The notes under the pieces: generated by a model | Databases searched by the model: none | Seen by the model: only the letters and a program-made list of their open reading frames with translations | What the model was told of the DNA's origin: nothing | Program-made: the position numbers and the translations under genes | Shown: positions 51,625 through 64,000 of the stretch, piece after piece | Numbering within the stretch: the first letter of the stretch is position 1 | Layout of the letters: every line of letters starts with the position of its first letter | NCBI RefSeq assembly: GCF_006345805.1 | Contig: NC_043000.1 | Span: 105,772,001 to 105,836,000, forward strand | Source: Octopus sinensis | Taxonomy: Eukaryota | Direction of reading: 5' to 3' | DNA: 64,000 bases

Positions 51625-52425
51625 GATCTCCATGGGAGAATATTAGTTTCATTTCGTTTTAGTCTTTGCATATCTGCATTCACCAACCATGATACATTAC
51701 TATGTCACATTACTATTTGGACACAAGCATCATATGATCTGCCATTCACTCTAAGGGAGAAGCCTTTCATTACCAAAAGAGGTAATGGCTCTCTAAGCCT
51801 TCTCCATCCTATTCTTATTCAACCAATTATACTTTCAGAACATCTTCCTTCACTGCTTATTAGATCACCTAGGTAACAGAAATGGTTTACTGTCTCTAGT
51901 GATCCTCCTGGGCATTTATGAAAATCTATTTCCTATATGTTCTTAATGTTTATTGCTTCTGTGCATTTTCCTCAAAGTCTATTTTCCTTGCGCATCTTCC
52001 TGTGGTTCCACTGCATCTTTTGTATCCACTGGGTACACTACATCGAATTTGTACCAACACCTTTTCTACATATTGAACAGTGCCATTTCTTTGAAGGGTT
52101 TAGTGTTGTCTGTTTTCTTGCTTACTAGAATTTTGGATTTTGCACAGTTAACATTAAGGCCTTTTGATTCCATGTTTTGCTTTCACACCTGGAATTTCTT
52201 TTCTAGTATAGATTTAGCTATAAGAATAAGGCCATCAACATAGAAGAGTTCCCATGGGTAAACATTCTTAAACTCTTCTGGAGAACAATGGCAAAGAGGA
52301 GATAACTAAGAAATGAGCTCTGATGAACTCTTACCTGCATACTAGGTTCATTGATGTATTATGCTAACTCTCATCTTACTAACAGCATCCCTCTGTATGG
52401 CTTGAATGGCTTATGGGACTCATTC
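51625..52425 (-). mobile_element. Decayed RTE-clade LINE reverse transcriptase fragment
   Basis: VRVHQSSFLS.LLFAIV (degenerate QGSVLSPLLF), EEFKNVYPWELFYVDGLILIA (degenerate YADD), KFQVWKQNMESKGLNVN..KSK. Confidence 0.8.
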
Positions 52426-53089
52426 ATTTACTCTTAGTTCTCACGATGTGCACCAGATCATGAAGTGGAGGACCCTACTGAATCTTGCTGATATGTGTGT
52501 ATGCACACACACATATATAGTTGAGTTATATTCTGTTAAGAACATAGTAGAATACAGTATAAAGCTCGTTCACCTTCAGATTCCACCCAGTGCTATCCAT
52601 TAGTAGTATTATACCTACTGCCAGATTTGTGTTGGGGCTTCTGTGGTGTGTGAATGGATAATTGAATAAATTGGAGTCAACAAGAAGTACAGAGGAACAT
52701 TTATTTATAATCACTACAATTGTTTTCACACAACTAGTTCTCCAGGTTTGTTGGTATTTGGTTATGTAACTGTTTCCCTTCATTATGAGACCTTGTGTTT
52801 CATTAGGTGATATATAACTATTTTTTGTGTTCCATAAACTCAAATAATTGAAGCTGCCAGACTAATTTCCTGGTTCTTTGCTCAGACCAGTAACTCACAC
52901 TAACAGTATTAATAATGTTGTATTATTTATATTAATGTTCAGGTACCTGTATTTCATTTAATTATGTAAGTAAATTTTATATTTGTTTAATTTAGAGTTT
53001 GTTATGGACAAGATGACTAGCCCTGGTTCAGAAAAATCTGTAATCTGGAAAGGTTTCAGAGCCAAAGGTTCTGTGAAATCAATATTGTA

Positions 53090-53610
53090 CGGGCCTAATA
53101 GAGGTGATGACAAGTGATTGAGACCTTTGGTGATATGCTGTGCTTGAGAAGACTCATCAAGCCAAATGAAATCATAGTCGTGGCTGTTCCAATGCCATGT
53201 GAATGGCACCAATGAAATTGTAATTGTGGCCATAGCCAGTAGCATAATCTTCAAATGTTGGGCATCATGGAGGTGATGACTAGTGACTGCGACCTTTGGC
53301 AATATGCTGTGCTTGAGCAGGATTGTCAAGCCAAGTGAAATTGTACTCATGGCCGTTGCCAGTGCCATATAGATGGCACCTGTGAAATTGTAGTTGTGGC
53401 CATTGCTGGTATTATCTAAATGGCATCTGTGCTGGTGGAACATAAAAAGCATCCACTACACTCTCGAAGTGGTTGGCGTTGGGTTGGACATCCAGATGTA
53501 GAAACCATGCCAAATCAAACTGGAACCTGGTGCAGCCCTCCAGCTTACCAGTTCCAGTCAAATCGTCTAACCCACGCCAGCATGGAAAACGGATGTTAAA
53601 TGATGATGAT
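53090..53610 (+). repeat. (GAT)n-tailed retroposon, longer variant with subrepeats (inverse copy at 55623-56110)
   Basis: Repeated GACCTTTGG..ATATGCTGTGCTTGAG unit and the conserved tail. Confidence 0.7.
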
Positions 53611-53764
53611 ACGCACACACACATATATATATATATAGGCATATATACATGCAAACATATGTATATATATATCTCACACACACACACATTAATGGACAGA
53701 ACTGTAGTGTTAAAGCTAACAAACAGCAACTACCACCACCACCATCCAAGGGTATCAGATTCCT

Positions 53765-54092
53765 AATGGGAAAATGATAAGGCTTCTAAGATGACAGCAA
53801 CAATAGAGGACCCATTTTCTATTTTGCATTCAGCCTCAGACTGGGAGATGCAAGTGGACCACAAGGGCAGACTCATCTTCCCACAGGAGATAGCAGTAAC
53901 ATTACTTTGACCAGACATCTTCCTACTTTCCAAGAGTGCAAAAACAATTTTTGTTGCTGAACTTAATGTGTCCTAGGATGACAGACTTGACATTTTTCAC
54001 CAGCTAAAGAAAACCAAATATCAGGATTTTATTAATGAAGCCTTTATCAAGAGATGGTAGGTGACCTCATTCCCTATTGAAGTTAGCTGCTG
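53765..54092 (+). mobile_element. Restriction-like endonuclease fragment of an R2-group (HERO/NeSL-like) non-LTR retrotransposon, pseudogenised
   Basis: ASDWEMQVD..GRLIFPQEIAVTLL*PDIFLLSKSAKTIFVAELNVS*DD...LKKTKYQD...W*VTSFPIEVSC corresponds to RPD / ELTVPWE / K..KY / PIEVGC motifs. Confidence 0.8.
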
Positions 54093-54934
54093 CAGTGGTG
54101 GAATTACTAAATATGTATTCTGGCTTTTTTGAGCATTTTTAGTAGTGAGCTTCCACTGGCAATGGCACTATAAGGCAGATTTAACCTTTACTGATAGAGA
54201 AAAACAGTGATTAACAAATCACTGATGTTGCAATTAACTAGTAGGCTGGATAAAATTCATTATTAGTGACAGAAGCAACATTAGTTCAGAATAGTATTCA
54301 ATATATCATGCATAACTCAGATATATTGTAGAAAGCCTTGAAATTATGGTATTCATAATAAGAAAGCATCTTGTATAGATGTATAGAGTTAAACACACTT
54401 TTAGTAATTTCACTAATACTGCTACACACTTTTTGTTTCCCTACTGATATATTTCTGTGTTTTTTACATCATATGTCCAAATGAGAGTCTTTCTCCAGAC
54501 AAATACCACTGGTTAAAGCTTCCTACAGTATATCTGAGTTAAGTATGATATACAGGATGCTATTCCAAACTAATACTGCTTCTGTTGCTGATACTGATTT
54601 TTTACCTAGCCTGCCAGCTAATTGCAATGCCAGTGGTTTGTTAATTACTTTTTCTATATCAGTAAAAGCTAAATTTGCCTTAGCAAGCAGTTGCCAATAG
54701 ATGCTACTGATGATGCTCTACAAAGCAAAAATATGTATTTAGCAATTCCACCACCACTGTCAGACACTTTTCTTTTGCTACTGATGTATTTTTGTGTTTT
54801 TTAACACTGCGTTTTCACAAGATAGATTCTTGAGATAAATACCACAGTTCAAAGCTTTCTACAGTATATCTGAGTTCAGTATGATGTACAGAATCTTACT
54901 CTGAACCAATACTGCTTCTATCATTAATATTGAA

Positions 54935-55300
54935 TGGCTATGTGGTAAGAAGATTGCTTCCCAATTACATGGTTCCAGGTTCAGTCCCACTGCGTGGCAC
55001 CTTGGGCAGGTGTCTTTGGGCTAACCAAAGACTTGTGAAAGGATTTGGTAGATGGAAACTGAAAGAGGCCTGTCATATATATGTATTTACATGTATATAA
55101 TCCATGTGTGTGTCTTTGTGTCTGTGTTTGTCTCCATCATCACTGCTTGACATCCCTGTAACATAGCAGTTCAGCAAAAAGAGATTGATTGAATAAATAC
55201 CAGGCTTTAAAAAATAAGTCCAGGGGATGATTTGTTCAACTAAAATCCTTCAAGGCAGTGCTCCAGTATGGCTGCAACTGAAACAAGTAAAAGATTGGAA
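54935..55300 (+). mobile_element. tRNA-derived SINE
   Basis: Same family as 34821-35190. Confidence 0.8.
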
Positions 55301-55521
55301 GAGAGAAAAAGATAGTTTCACAAGATAAACTAGCAATATTTCTGTGCCTCACAGATATGCTACTACTCTATATTGTTTTACCCCAAGGGTATCCCAAACC
55401 CATTGTCTTTTGGTTTGTGTATTGTTATAGGTTGCATTTGGAGTTTCATGCAAAATTTAGTAGAGATTCATTGAAAAATAGCAATGCTGTTTCAAGATTA
55501 ACTAGAGTGTGTGTGCATGTG

Positions 55522-55601
<80 letters not shown>

Positions 55602-57632
55602 GCATTCATATAAATATATATGTATCATCATCATTTAACGTCCGTTGTCCATGCTGGCATGGGTTGGAAGGTTTGAATGAGCTGGCATGCTGGAATGCTG
55701 CACCAGACTCCAGTCTGATTGTCATGGTTTTCTACAGCCTGAAGCCCTTCCTAACACCAACTACTCCAAGAGTGTAATGGGTGCTTTTACGTGCCACTGG
55801 CATGGGTGTCATTTGCATGACACTGGGGTGCTTTTATGTGCCAATTTGCATGACACGGGTATCTGCACAACTACGATTTTACTTGGCTTGATGGGTCCTC
55901 TCAAGTACGACATGATGCTAAAGGTCTCAGCCATTGCCTCCTTGAGGCCCAACCCTCAAAAGGAACTCAGCCACTTTGCCTCCATGAGGCCCAACAGTCA
56001 AAAGGTGTTCTTTATGTGCCACCAGCATGTGTACGCTTGGCTTGATGGGTCCTCTCAAGCACAGCACATCGCCAAAGGTCATGGTCACTAGTTATTGCCT
56101 CTGTGAGGCAATGTATATACATATATGAGTGTATGTGTGTGTTGACTAATGTGTATATGTATGACTGTGTGTGCATGCATGTGTGGGTGTGTTATATATG
56201 GATGTGAATTTCTCTCTTAAAATAAATTATGGTAAATATATTTATTGAGAAGTTAATTAATTGTTTTAATGAAACTGCAATTGTCACCATATTTCAACAA
56301 ATTCCAAATGCCTTTGAGAAGAGAAGTTGAGAAACTGACCTTTGGGAAAATTTTAAAAGGATTAAAGAAATTTTGGCTAGCTTAACTATGGCTATCATAT
56401 TTTCTTTTTGTATTATTTTGAATGGGTAGATTAAAAAGTTCTCTTTTTGAGAGAAATATCTTGGCAGCAGAGTACTTTTATGCCTGTTTTCATGGTGCAA
56501 CAATTACACCTTTCCTCTCAAGGTATCTTTAAATCTCTGTTTATACTTAGCTCTGGTTTTATTTCTTCTGCCTTCTCTTTTTTTTTTATATCTTTCTATT
56601 GCTATCAATCTTCCACTAAGTTAGCAGTGATAAGATCCTATCAAATCTGCTTTTATATATGAAACAAGGCTGCTTTCCAGATGTTTGTGAGATTTCATGT
56701 TACTAACCAGCGCTTTTGCAGTCTTTAATAGATCTTCTGTAACAACTAGGTTAACTGCAAATACAATCAGTCTTAAAATCTTGTGTTCCAGCTTTACTTA
56801 CTGTTGTTGTTAAGCTCCAAGTTCACCCTGATTGAACAGATCTATAATCAAACACATTCTTGCTATGACTAACCCATATTTTTAGAGGTATCTAGGACCA
56901 CATTTATAAGGTAACCTTCTCCTTTTTGAGTTGGTAGAATGTGATTTGAATAAGATTTGGCTTCTATTTCTTGCAAGTTTGGTAGTCACTTAGAAGCTTT
57001 CTCATAGGATATCTTTATAAGATACACTAAACAATGTTTTCAGATCCATCTGGACAGTTCATGGAATTTACTTCAAGGGTACTTTTTCTACTTCTCATGC
57101 ATCTGTCACAGCTGAACTCCTGGTTTCTGACAAGCTGCCCAAGATTTCTCTACATATTTTGTGTACCTGTCATTTGTACTGAGTAAGCAGTGATAAGATC
57201 CTATCAAATCTGTTTATATCTTTGGAACAAAGGCTACTTTCCAGATGTCACTGAGTCTTCATCTTACTAATTCACTTCCATATCTTTCTTCTACTGGCTG
57301 ACTTTCACTTCTAATTCTACCTCATTGTCAACCTAGAATCAATAGATAATTTAAATTTAACTGCTGTGCAGCATTTATCAGAAAAGTAGTTGGTGTTCAC
57401 AACAATTCAGCCAGTCTTTTCTTTTAGGAGAAAATTAATCTGGTTCTCATGCCTGCCCTAATGGTAGATGATCAATTAGTAGTCTGACTTTCGAAAATTT
57501 ATGCTATTAGCAGTTGGTTTATTTGCAACACAGATCTTCAGCAATCTTGATCTTTCTTCATTTGTTGTACCACAACCATTGTTTCTGTGCACTCTACTGT
57601 ACACATCTTGAAGTTACCTGGATGACCATTAG

Positions 57633-57852
57633 CCCTTTAGCTTTTAAACCAGCCATATCCAGCCCAAATTGTCTACCTGTTTTATGTTCAAACTAGCCTT
57701 ATCCGACATCTCATACCTACTCTGCAATGTCATTCTAAAAATAAACAATCAAATCTTTGAAATCTTGAAGCTATGAGATAAGACATGGTTAATTTTTTTT
57801 TAATGTGAATAAATAAGCAGTACATTTGATAGAATAATCTGAATGTTAAAAG
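57633..57852. mobile_element. Short piggyBac-like MITE
   Basis: TTAG-CCCTTTAGC...GTTAAAAGG-TTAA termini. Confidence 0.5.
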
Positions 57853-58029
57853 GTTAAAATATCCAGTTCTGCTGGCAGTATCCCAGTTGTCAATTCTTGA
57901 GGTAGTGTGTACAAAGGCATTTTAAAACTAGGAGTTTTTTCACAATAAAACCCATTTCTGAGGAATAAGTGTACATTGTACCTGTATATATTTACTACTT
58001 TGCTTGAATTTTATTATTTTGTTCTAGAA

Positions 58030-58520
58030 AGTCTGTTCAACAGGTGAAGCATTTTAAGTTTCTTGGTTCATATATCACAATTGGTAGTATATGACAAAGC
58101 AGTCAGACAATTTGCTACACAGCTCAAGAATATGGAAGTCAAAACAGTGAACCAGATTACCTATAAAGAGTTGCTTTGTATGGTTGTGAAAACTGGGATC
58201 TGAAGGAAAATGACACGTACCAATTAAATGCTTTTGTGCTATGGTTATAGTGAAGGGTTCTGCATATCAGAGGGTTAAAACATGTAGCTAATAGAAAAAA
58301 AGATCTGTTATCCAAGTTTATGAAAAGGAAAATATTAAAGTTTGGACACTGGAGTTACCAGCTACTAATAATCACCATTGAAGTAGGGGAGGGAAAATGC
58401 TGCTCTGGGAGAAAGGGTACAGGCTGGATGGATGACATCATTCACTGTGTTCAGGGTAGCTTCATGGCTGTGCATGCAAACCCTTATGTAAGATATCAAT
58501 GGTTCTTGATAGATGAACTC
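58030..58520 (+). mobile_element. Highly decayed RTE-type LINE C-terminal fragment
   Basis: INAFVLW.Y.RVLHI..VKHVAN, KRKILKFGH and EGK...GRK...WMDDI motifs. Confidence 0.5.
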
Positions 58521-59214
58521 TAAAAAGTACATTACCAGATAGTTTATACTTGGTATTCACTAATACTTAAAGTATATCTTGGTTTTTGCTGTTATATCTG
58601 AATATTGACTGGTGTATAAAAATATATCTGGATATTGATTGATATATCTAGAAAATTACTGATATATTGGAGTATTAGCTGATATATAAAAAATATATCT
58701 ACACACACACACACGCACACACACACACACACACAGGTATTGACTAGTATATCCGGATATTGACCAATATATAAACATAATGTGTATATCAGTCAATATC
58801 TAATTGCATTGAAACAGGTAAGACCCTCTAAATTGAATCATGATATTTGAGTGTTAAACTAGTCATTATAATCCATAGTTTGCTTCAGAGTAAGGCTAGA
58901 GATATATTCTTGTTTAAACCTAATTAACAAGTATGCACTATAGGTGGATATAATTTACTGAAAACCCCTGAAGGTGGCTGTTGTCCAATGATTTATAAAC
59001 AGTAAAATTATATTCACATTTATTTATTTGTTTGGTAATAATATTATATACACTTGTAAAGTATCAAAATATTTTGTCAGCCATCTGCATCACTAAACCA
59101 TTCTGCATCTCTCTCCCTCTCTCTCTTTCTTTTTCTCTCTCTCTCATGCACACACACACACACACAATCAGAGGCCAGCATGGAAAACAGACATGATAAT
59201 GATAATAAAAATAA

Positions 59215-60930
59215 TGAAATTATTGTGTATAGTGCTCAGGTGCACTACAACTCATCAAAGGTGCATGTATAGTACATAGAATTATGTACAAAAGTCAGGA
59301 AAGTGAACAGTGTACGAGTCATAATATACATGTATGCATGCTTATGGAGTGGGGAATATCAGGTGTAGTGTTGGCGAATTTTAGGAAGCTTGGAGATTTT
59401 AAAGGATGCAATATCTTGGCAACTAACAACTGATGCAGGTAGCTTGTTCCATGCTTCAGCAACTCTGAGTGTGAAAAAATGTTTCTGAAAGTCATAGGAG
59501 CTCTGCTGTTTTCTGACTTTGTAGGCATGCCCACATGTGTTAAACATATGGAGCTCAAAAAGGTGCTCAAGGTGGTTGTTGGCACAATGGTTAATAATTT
59601 TGTGGGTGTTTACCAAGTCAGTTGCCAGACATCAGAGCTTCAGTGTATTTTATGCCCAGGGAAGCAAAGTGTTCAGAGTATGGTAGATGCCTGATGGAGG
59701 GTATTCACTTGGTTGCATATCTCTGAACAGTTTCCAGGTAGTCAATGTCCTGAGCAAGATAAGGGTTCCAAACTGGTGATGCAAATTCCAAGTGTGGCCA
59801 CACCATAGCCATATAAAGTCTTAAATAGATAGCTGGAGAGTGGCTGACAAAGGTCTTTCTGAGTGATGCCAAGACACCCTTGGCCTTCTTGACAATTTTA
59901 TAGATATACTTTGTTCAGAGCAAATCACTGCTGACAGTAATGTTCAGATCATGTCCACAAGAAGACTTCTTGATATTAGTGTTGTGGAGAGAGTATGTGG
60001 ATGCTGGGTTTTTCCTCTGAGAATGCATGGTGGTACACTTGTTCACAAGCAGCTTGAGTTGCCAGTCTGTGATCCATTGTTGCATTGCGTCCAGGTTTGA
60101 TAGCAGGAAAGATCTATGGTGTTCAGGATCTGTCCTTTTTATCTCAAGGTACATATTTCAGCACTGTGGCACTCTTTAAGTTGGTATCTATGTCATTAAT
60201 GTATGCAACAAACAAAAGGAAACCAAGAACAGATCCCTGTGGTACACCAGATGACATCTCATAGGATGAAGAATGCTGTCCTAGAACTGTGACAACCTCT
60301 TTTTGGCTAAGAATGGAGGACTCCAACCAGTTGAAAAAGATCATCTTTCACACCTATTGCAGAGAGTTTTTCCATATGCCTTTTGTGAGGCACAGAATTA
60401 AAAGCTTTAGCAAAGTTAAGGTAAACAACATCCACCCATGAGCCACTATCAATGACTCGGGTGATATCTTCAAGAAACTCGATAAGTTGATCACAGCAGC
60501 TGGAGTTAGGAATAAATCCAAATTGCGGGGGCTAGATAAGGCTGTGAGAATTCCAGAAGTTCCAGAGTGTTTCTCTGACACAAGATTCCATCAGTTTGGA
60601 AATGCAGCTTGTAAGACTGACTGGACGATAGTAGACAGGCGATGTGCAGTCACCCTTTTTGAACAGAAGAATGACACTAGCAGTTCTTCACTGCTCCAGA
60701 GTAGCACTATTGTTAAGACAGAACTGAAAGAAGAGTGAAAGCTGGTTCAGGAGAAAGCATCTACCACATTTGAGAAGCAAGTATGTAACAGCATCAAAAC
60801 CAGGAGAGGCATAGTTTTGATTATTCTTAAGGTGACATTGCAGCATTGCAGATGTAAACTCCATAGTTGTTATAGAATTTGGTGTCAGAGATGGTGGAGA
60901 TGGCAGCCTTTGGATTTCAACTTTCAATGA
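59215..60930 (-). mobile_element. 5'-truncated CR1/L2-group LINE, decayed ORF2 (RT)
   Basis: SPGFD.VTYLLLK, VDVVYLNFAKAF, SGVPQGSVLGFLLFVAYINDI, QQWITDWQLKL.VNKCTTMH, FFTLRVAEAWNKLPASVV. Confidence 0.9.
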
Positions 60931-60981
60931 TGATAATATTAATGTATATGTATGTGTGTGTGTGTATATATATATATGTCA

Positions 60982-62483
60982 TCATCAAAAATTTTTAAAA
61001 ACTTTTTGCCTAGGGTGAGCCCACAGCAATATCATATCTTCTCCACTATGATTCCCTAAAACTTGAGAACTACACAACCAATTTCATTACACATGCCTTA
61101 CTTAGGGTCCATGTAGTGTAATGGGCAAAAAAAAAATGTTTAACTTCTTGCCTAGGGTGAGCCCATAGCAATATCATATCTTCTCCACTATTTCAGTATT
61201 ACGTGTTAAAAGTGAAACAAAAACATCTCTCTATTTTATGTCAGATACTTTCACTTTAACAATAAAAATTAGAGATAATGATAACAATTGAATTATATGT
61301 AGTAAGTAATAATTAAAATCAAACTAAAGTATAATATAATAATTAAATCGTAACATAACAATTAAAAGTAAAAATAGCAATTGGTATAAAATTGCATCAA
61401 TGACTTGAACTTGAATAAGTGGTTTCACATGAATGGGAATAAATTAAATTAAAATTAAAGTGCAGAAATGGAATAGTCCAGATGGAGCTGTGCGCATACC
61501 CTTTACCACGGCTTTTACATTAGATTATCTGCTAATTAGCTAGCATTAAGTATCTATATGAAGTTTGGCTGTATGTAATGTCTGTTTTCTCGAACAGACG
61601 CTGCTACTGAGTACTGCTTTTTGATTCACCGTAAGGTTTGTTGTTATTATTACTGTTTAACTATTGTTATCACGTTTGTTGGTTCCTCGTAAGGGAAGAG
61701 TTGTTGTGTTGCATTTGTTAAATAATTGTAAACCGTAACCCTCCCCTTTTGGGAGAAGGAGCTTTGGTTATTGTTTAAAAATTGAATTGTGTCCCTGTTT
61801 GGGGAAATTGACAATATTTTCACCATTTATATGGAAGCATTTTTGTTAAAATGTCTTTGATAGAAGAAAGTCCAAAAGTGAATTTCGCTGCAGCTGTCGG
61901 CGGGTGCGAACTCATTAAAATTAAAATGGAAGAAATATAAACCTATTTCGGATTGATCACTAACAAAGACGGTGAATCTAGGGTAACATCACCAAATGAA
62001 ATAAAAAATAAAATTAAAGAAAAGACTATTGTCTATAAAGTATATAATGTAGAGAGAAAAAAAGATTTGAACACCTGGAGGAAAGCACCATCGAAAAGTG
62101 TCTTGGTGCGACTATGAAAGATATCAAGTATCTAACCAGAGGCGGTAAATTCGCCACAATAGAAGCAAGGTTCGAGTCAACGGAGCGTGCAAGGGAGTAC
62201 TCGACTCGAACCTTGCAAAGTGGAAATATTTTATTTTTACCTTTATATCTGGGACGTAGTATGTCCTGGATAAAAATTTAAAATGTCCCCCCAGAAGTAG
62301 AGGTGGGCTGGATTGTAGTCATACTTCTATACAAGAGGGAGGACAAGATATCAAGATATAACTTTGTATTTTGTATATTTATGTGTAGATGTATATATAT
62401 ATAGATGTACATGTAATATGTACACATATATATACACATATATACATGCACTATGACCCGGCAACACCGGGTCATAATGCTAG
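60982..62483 (+). mobile_element. Non-autonomous Helitron (5' boundary uncertain) containing a LINE ORF1-like fragment
   Basis: Perfect 10-bp hairpin TATGACCCGG-CAACA-CCGGGTCATA (62452-62476) followed by CTAG|T at 62480-62484. A duplicated 45-bp unit lies near the 5' end (61007-61050, 61148-61191). Confidence 0.6.
61851..62355 (+). pseudogene. L1/Tx1-type ORF1 (gag-like) N-terminal fragment
   Basis: NFAAAVG start; MKDIKYLTRGGKFATIEARFES...ILPLYLGRSMSWIKI*NVPPEV, with stops and frameshifts. Confidence 0.5.
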
Positions 62484-62514
<31 letters not shown>

Positions 62515-62569
62515 TTTGTAGAAATACATAAATCTGGAGGAGAAGCACACTAAAATGTAGATGCTCTAA

Positions 62570-62605
<36 letters not shown>

Positions 62606-62690
62606 TTTGTAGAAATACATAAATCTGGAGGAGAAGCACACTAAAATGTAGATGCTCTAAATTTATATATATATATATATATATATAATG
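62484..62690. repeat. Exact tandem duplication of a unique segment of about 60 bp bounded by (TA)n tracts
   Basis: CATTTGTAGAAATACATAAATCTGGAGGAGAAGCACACTAAAATGTAGATGCTCTAAATT occurs at 62513 and 62604. Confidence 0.9.
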
Positions 62691-64000
62691 TACATAGATG
62701 GTGCAGGCTTGGTTGTGTGGTTCAAAAGTTCACTTTGCAGCTATATAGCTATATGGCTTCCGGCTTTAGTTTGATGGCATGGCACTTTGGACAAGTGTTT
62801 TCTTGTATCGTTTCAGGCTATCCAATGCCTTGAAAGTAGAATAGATAGATAGCAACTGAAAGAAGTCCCCAATTCATATGTATTATTAATCACCTCTCCA
62901 CTTCTTACTACATTCACTCCTATATCCTTCTTCATCTCTACACATCATCCTTGACCCCTGCCACTTATTAACCTCCAACACATGTGTATATTTGGGGTTA
63001 TGGAAAGTAAAGTTGTACTTGATGAGATTTGAAAACAGGGAAGTGAGTAAGGAGTCAGACTAAAACAGCTACAGTTAAATTCAAGGAACTTATCTTTGAT
63101 GAGGATGATTTCTAAATTTGACTCAAGATTATGAATTCTGGTGAAAGGTCTAATTAGGTTTATCATCTCCAGTACATGTTCAATATTTTATCAATGGTCA
63201 ACTCTAATACTCTTTAAACACTGAATGTAGAGGGACATGACTAAATACCAGTAATTGATTTGACCACTGTATTCAACCTTGGACTGAATTGATGTTGATA
63301 GCATTGTTCTTAACTGAAGCACAAGGCCCCAAATGTATGATGGAGAATGGGATGAGGATATAAGTGATTGATCTTAATGCTTGATGGGTACTTAACTCCA
63401 GCCATCAAGGATGAATTATTCACAGATACCATCCTAGTGAGTCTTTCACTCTTATTTTAGCAAGAATAGTGAAGGCTATGCTTTGTTGATGAGGTCAGAA
63501 TAAGACTAAAACATACTTGGATTTGTGTAATGTACTCATTAGAAAAAAGAAATTAATATAAATCCTTACCTAATTATTTCTTGCTAACTGTTTATTGCTC
63601 TCTACTTGATATATGTTAACACTAATTGAACTGCCGGTCTGTCTGTCTGTCTCACTATATTTTTATTTCAAGTTAAATATGTTAAAACTGAATATTAACT
63701 TAATTATGACTTCTTCTGTATCTCTCTATCACCCCATGATTATTTCTAGTTAGCTTTGTTAATGTTTTCTATATATGAACTATGTTAGTAATAACATGAT
63801 TTATCTTTTAATAGAGCTAAGTTCTCTAGGTACAGACGCTGTACAGTGTTGATAACAATACACAAATTATTGAACTATTTGGCTGCTTCTCCAGAGCAGG
63901 GAACCTGGAATGCTATTTTCTCAGCAATCCACACTTTTCTATCTAAAAAAAACTACTACAACAAAAGTAACCATCATTTATTCAAAAATGTTAAGATACT

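Noticed and set aside
58948-59012. CTGAAGG-TGGCTGTT...AACAG inside a short inverted repeat, possible decayed hammerhead
   Set aside because: A9 and GAAA core missing; at best a relic.

Overview
AT-rich, microsatellite- and TE-dense eukaryotic DNA. The tRNA-derived SINE families and (GAT)n-tailed repeats resemble those of Octopus (inferred from recalled repeat families, not searched). The left 40 kb holds the 5' part of a minus-strand gene: a probable non-coding exon 1 (about 39603-39850), coding exon 8650-8722 (MATQTFVNDLQA...) and a polyQ exon 3000-3291. It looks like the N-terminus of an RFX1/2/3-type transcription factor. Its CpG-rich, apparently bidirectional promoter (about 39.5-41 kb) carries several X-box (RFX) and YY1 motifs. 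The rest is decayed Tc1/mariner, hAT-Buster, piggyBac-like MITE, Helitron, LINE (CR1, RTE, HERO, L1/Tx1) and SINE sequence. The most striking non-obvious signal is a cluster of hammerhead ribozyme motifs in fold-back repeats at 48.7-50.4 kb. It comprises one intact type I hammerhead, two core-mutated sister copies, and a minimal hammerhead with a covaried G3-C8 core. At least six local inverted duplications are also present. Almost all ORFs in the supplied track are spurious or TE-derived.
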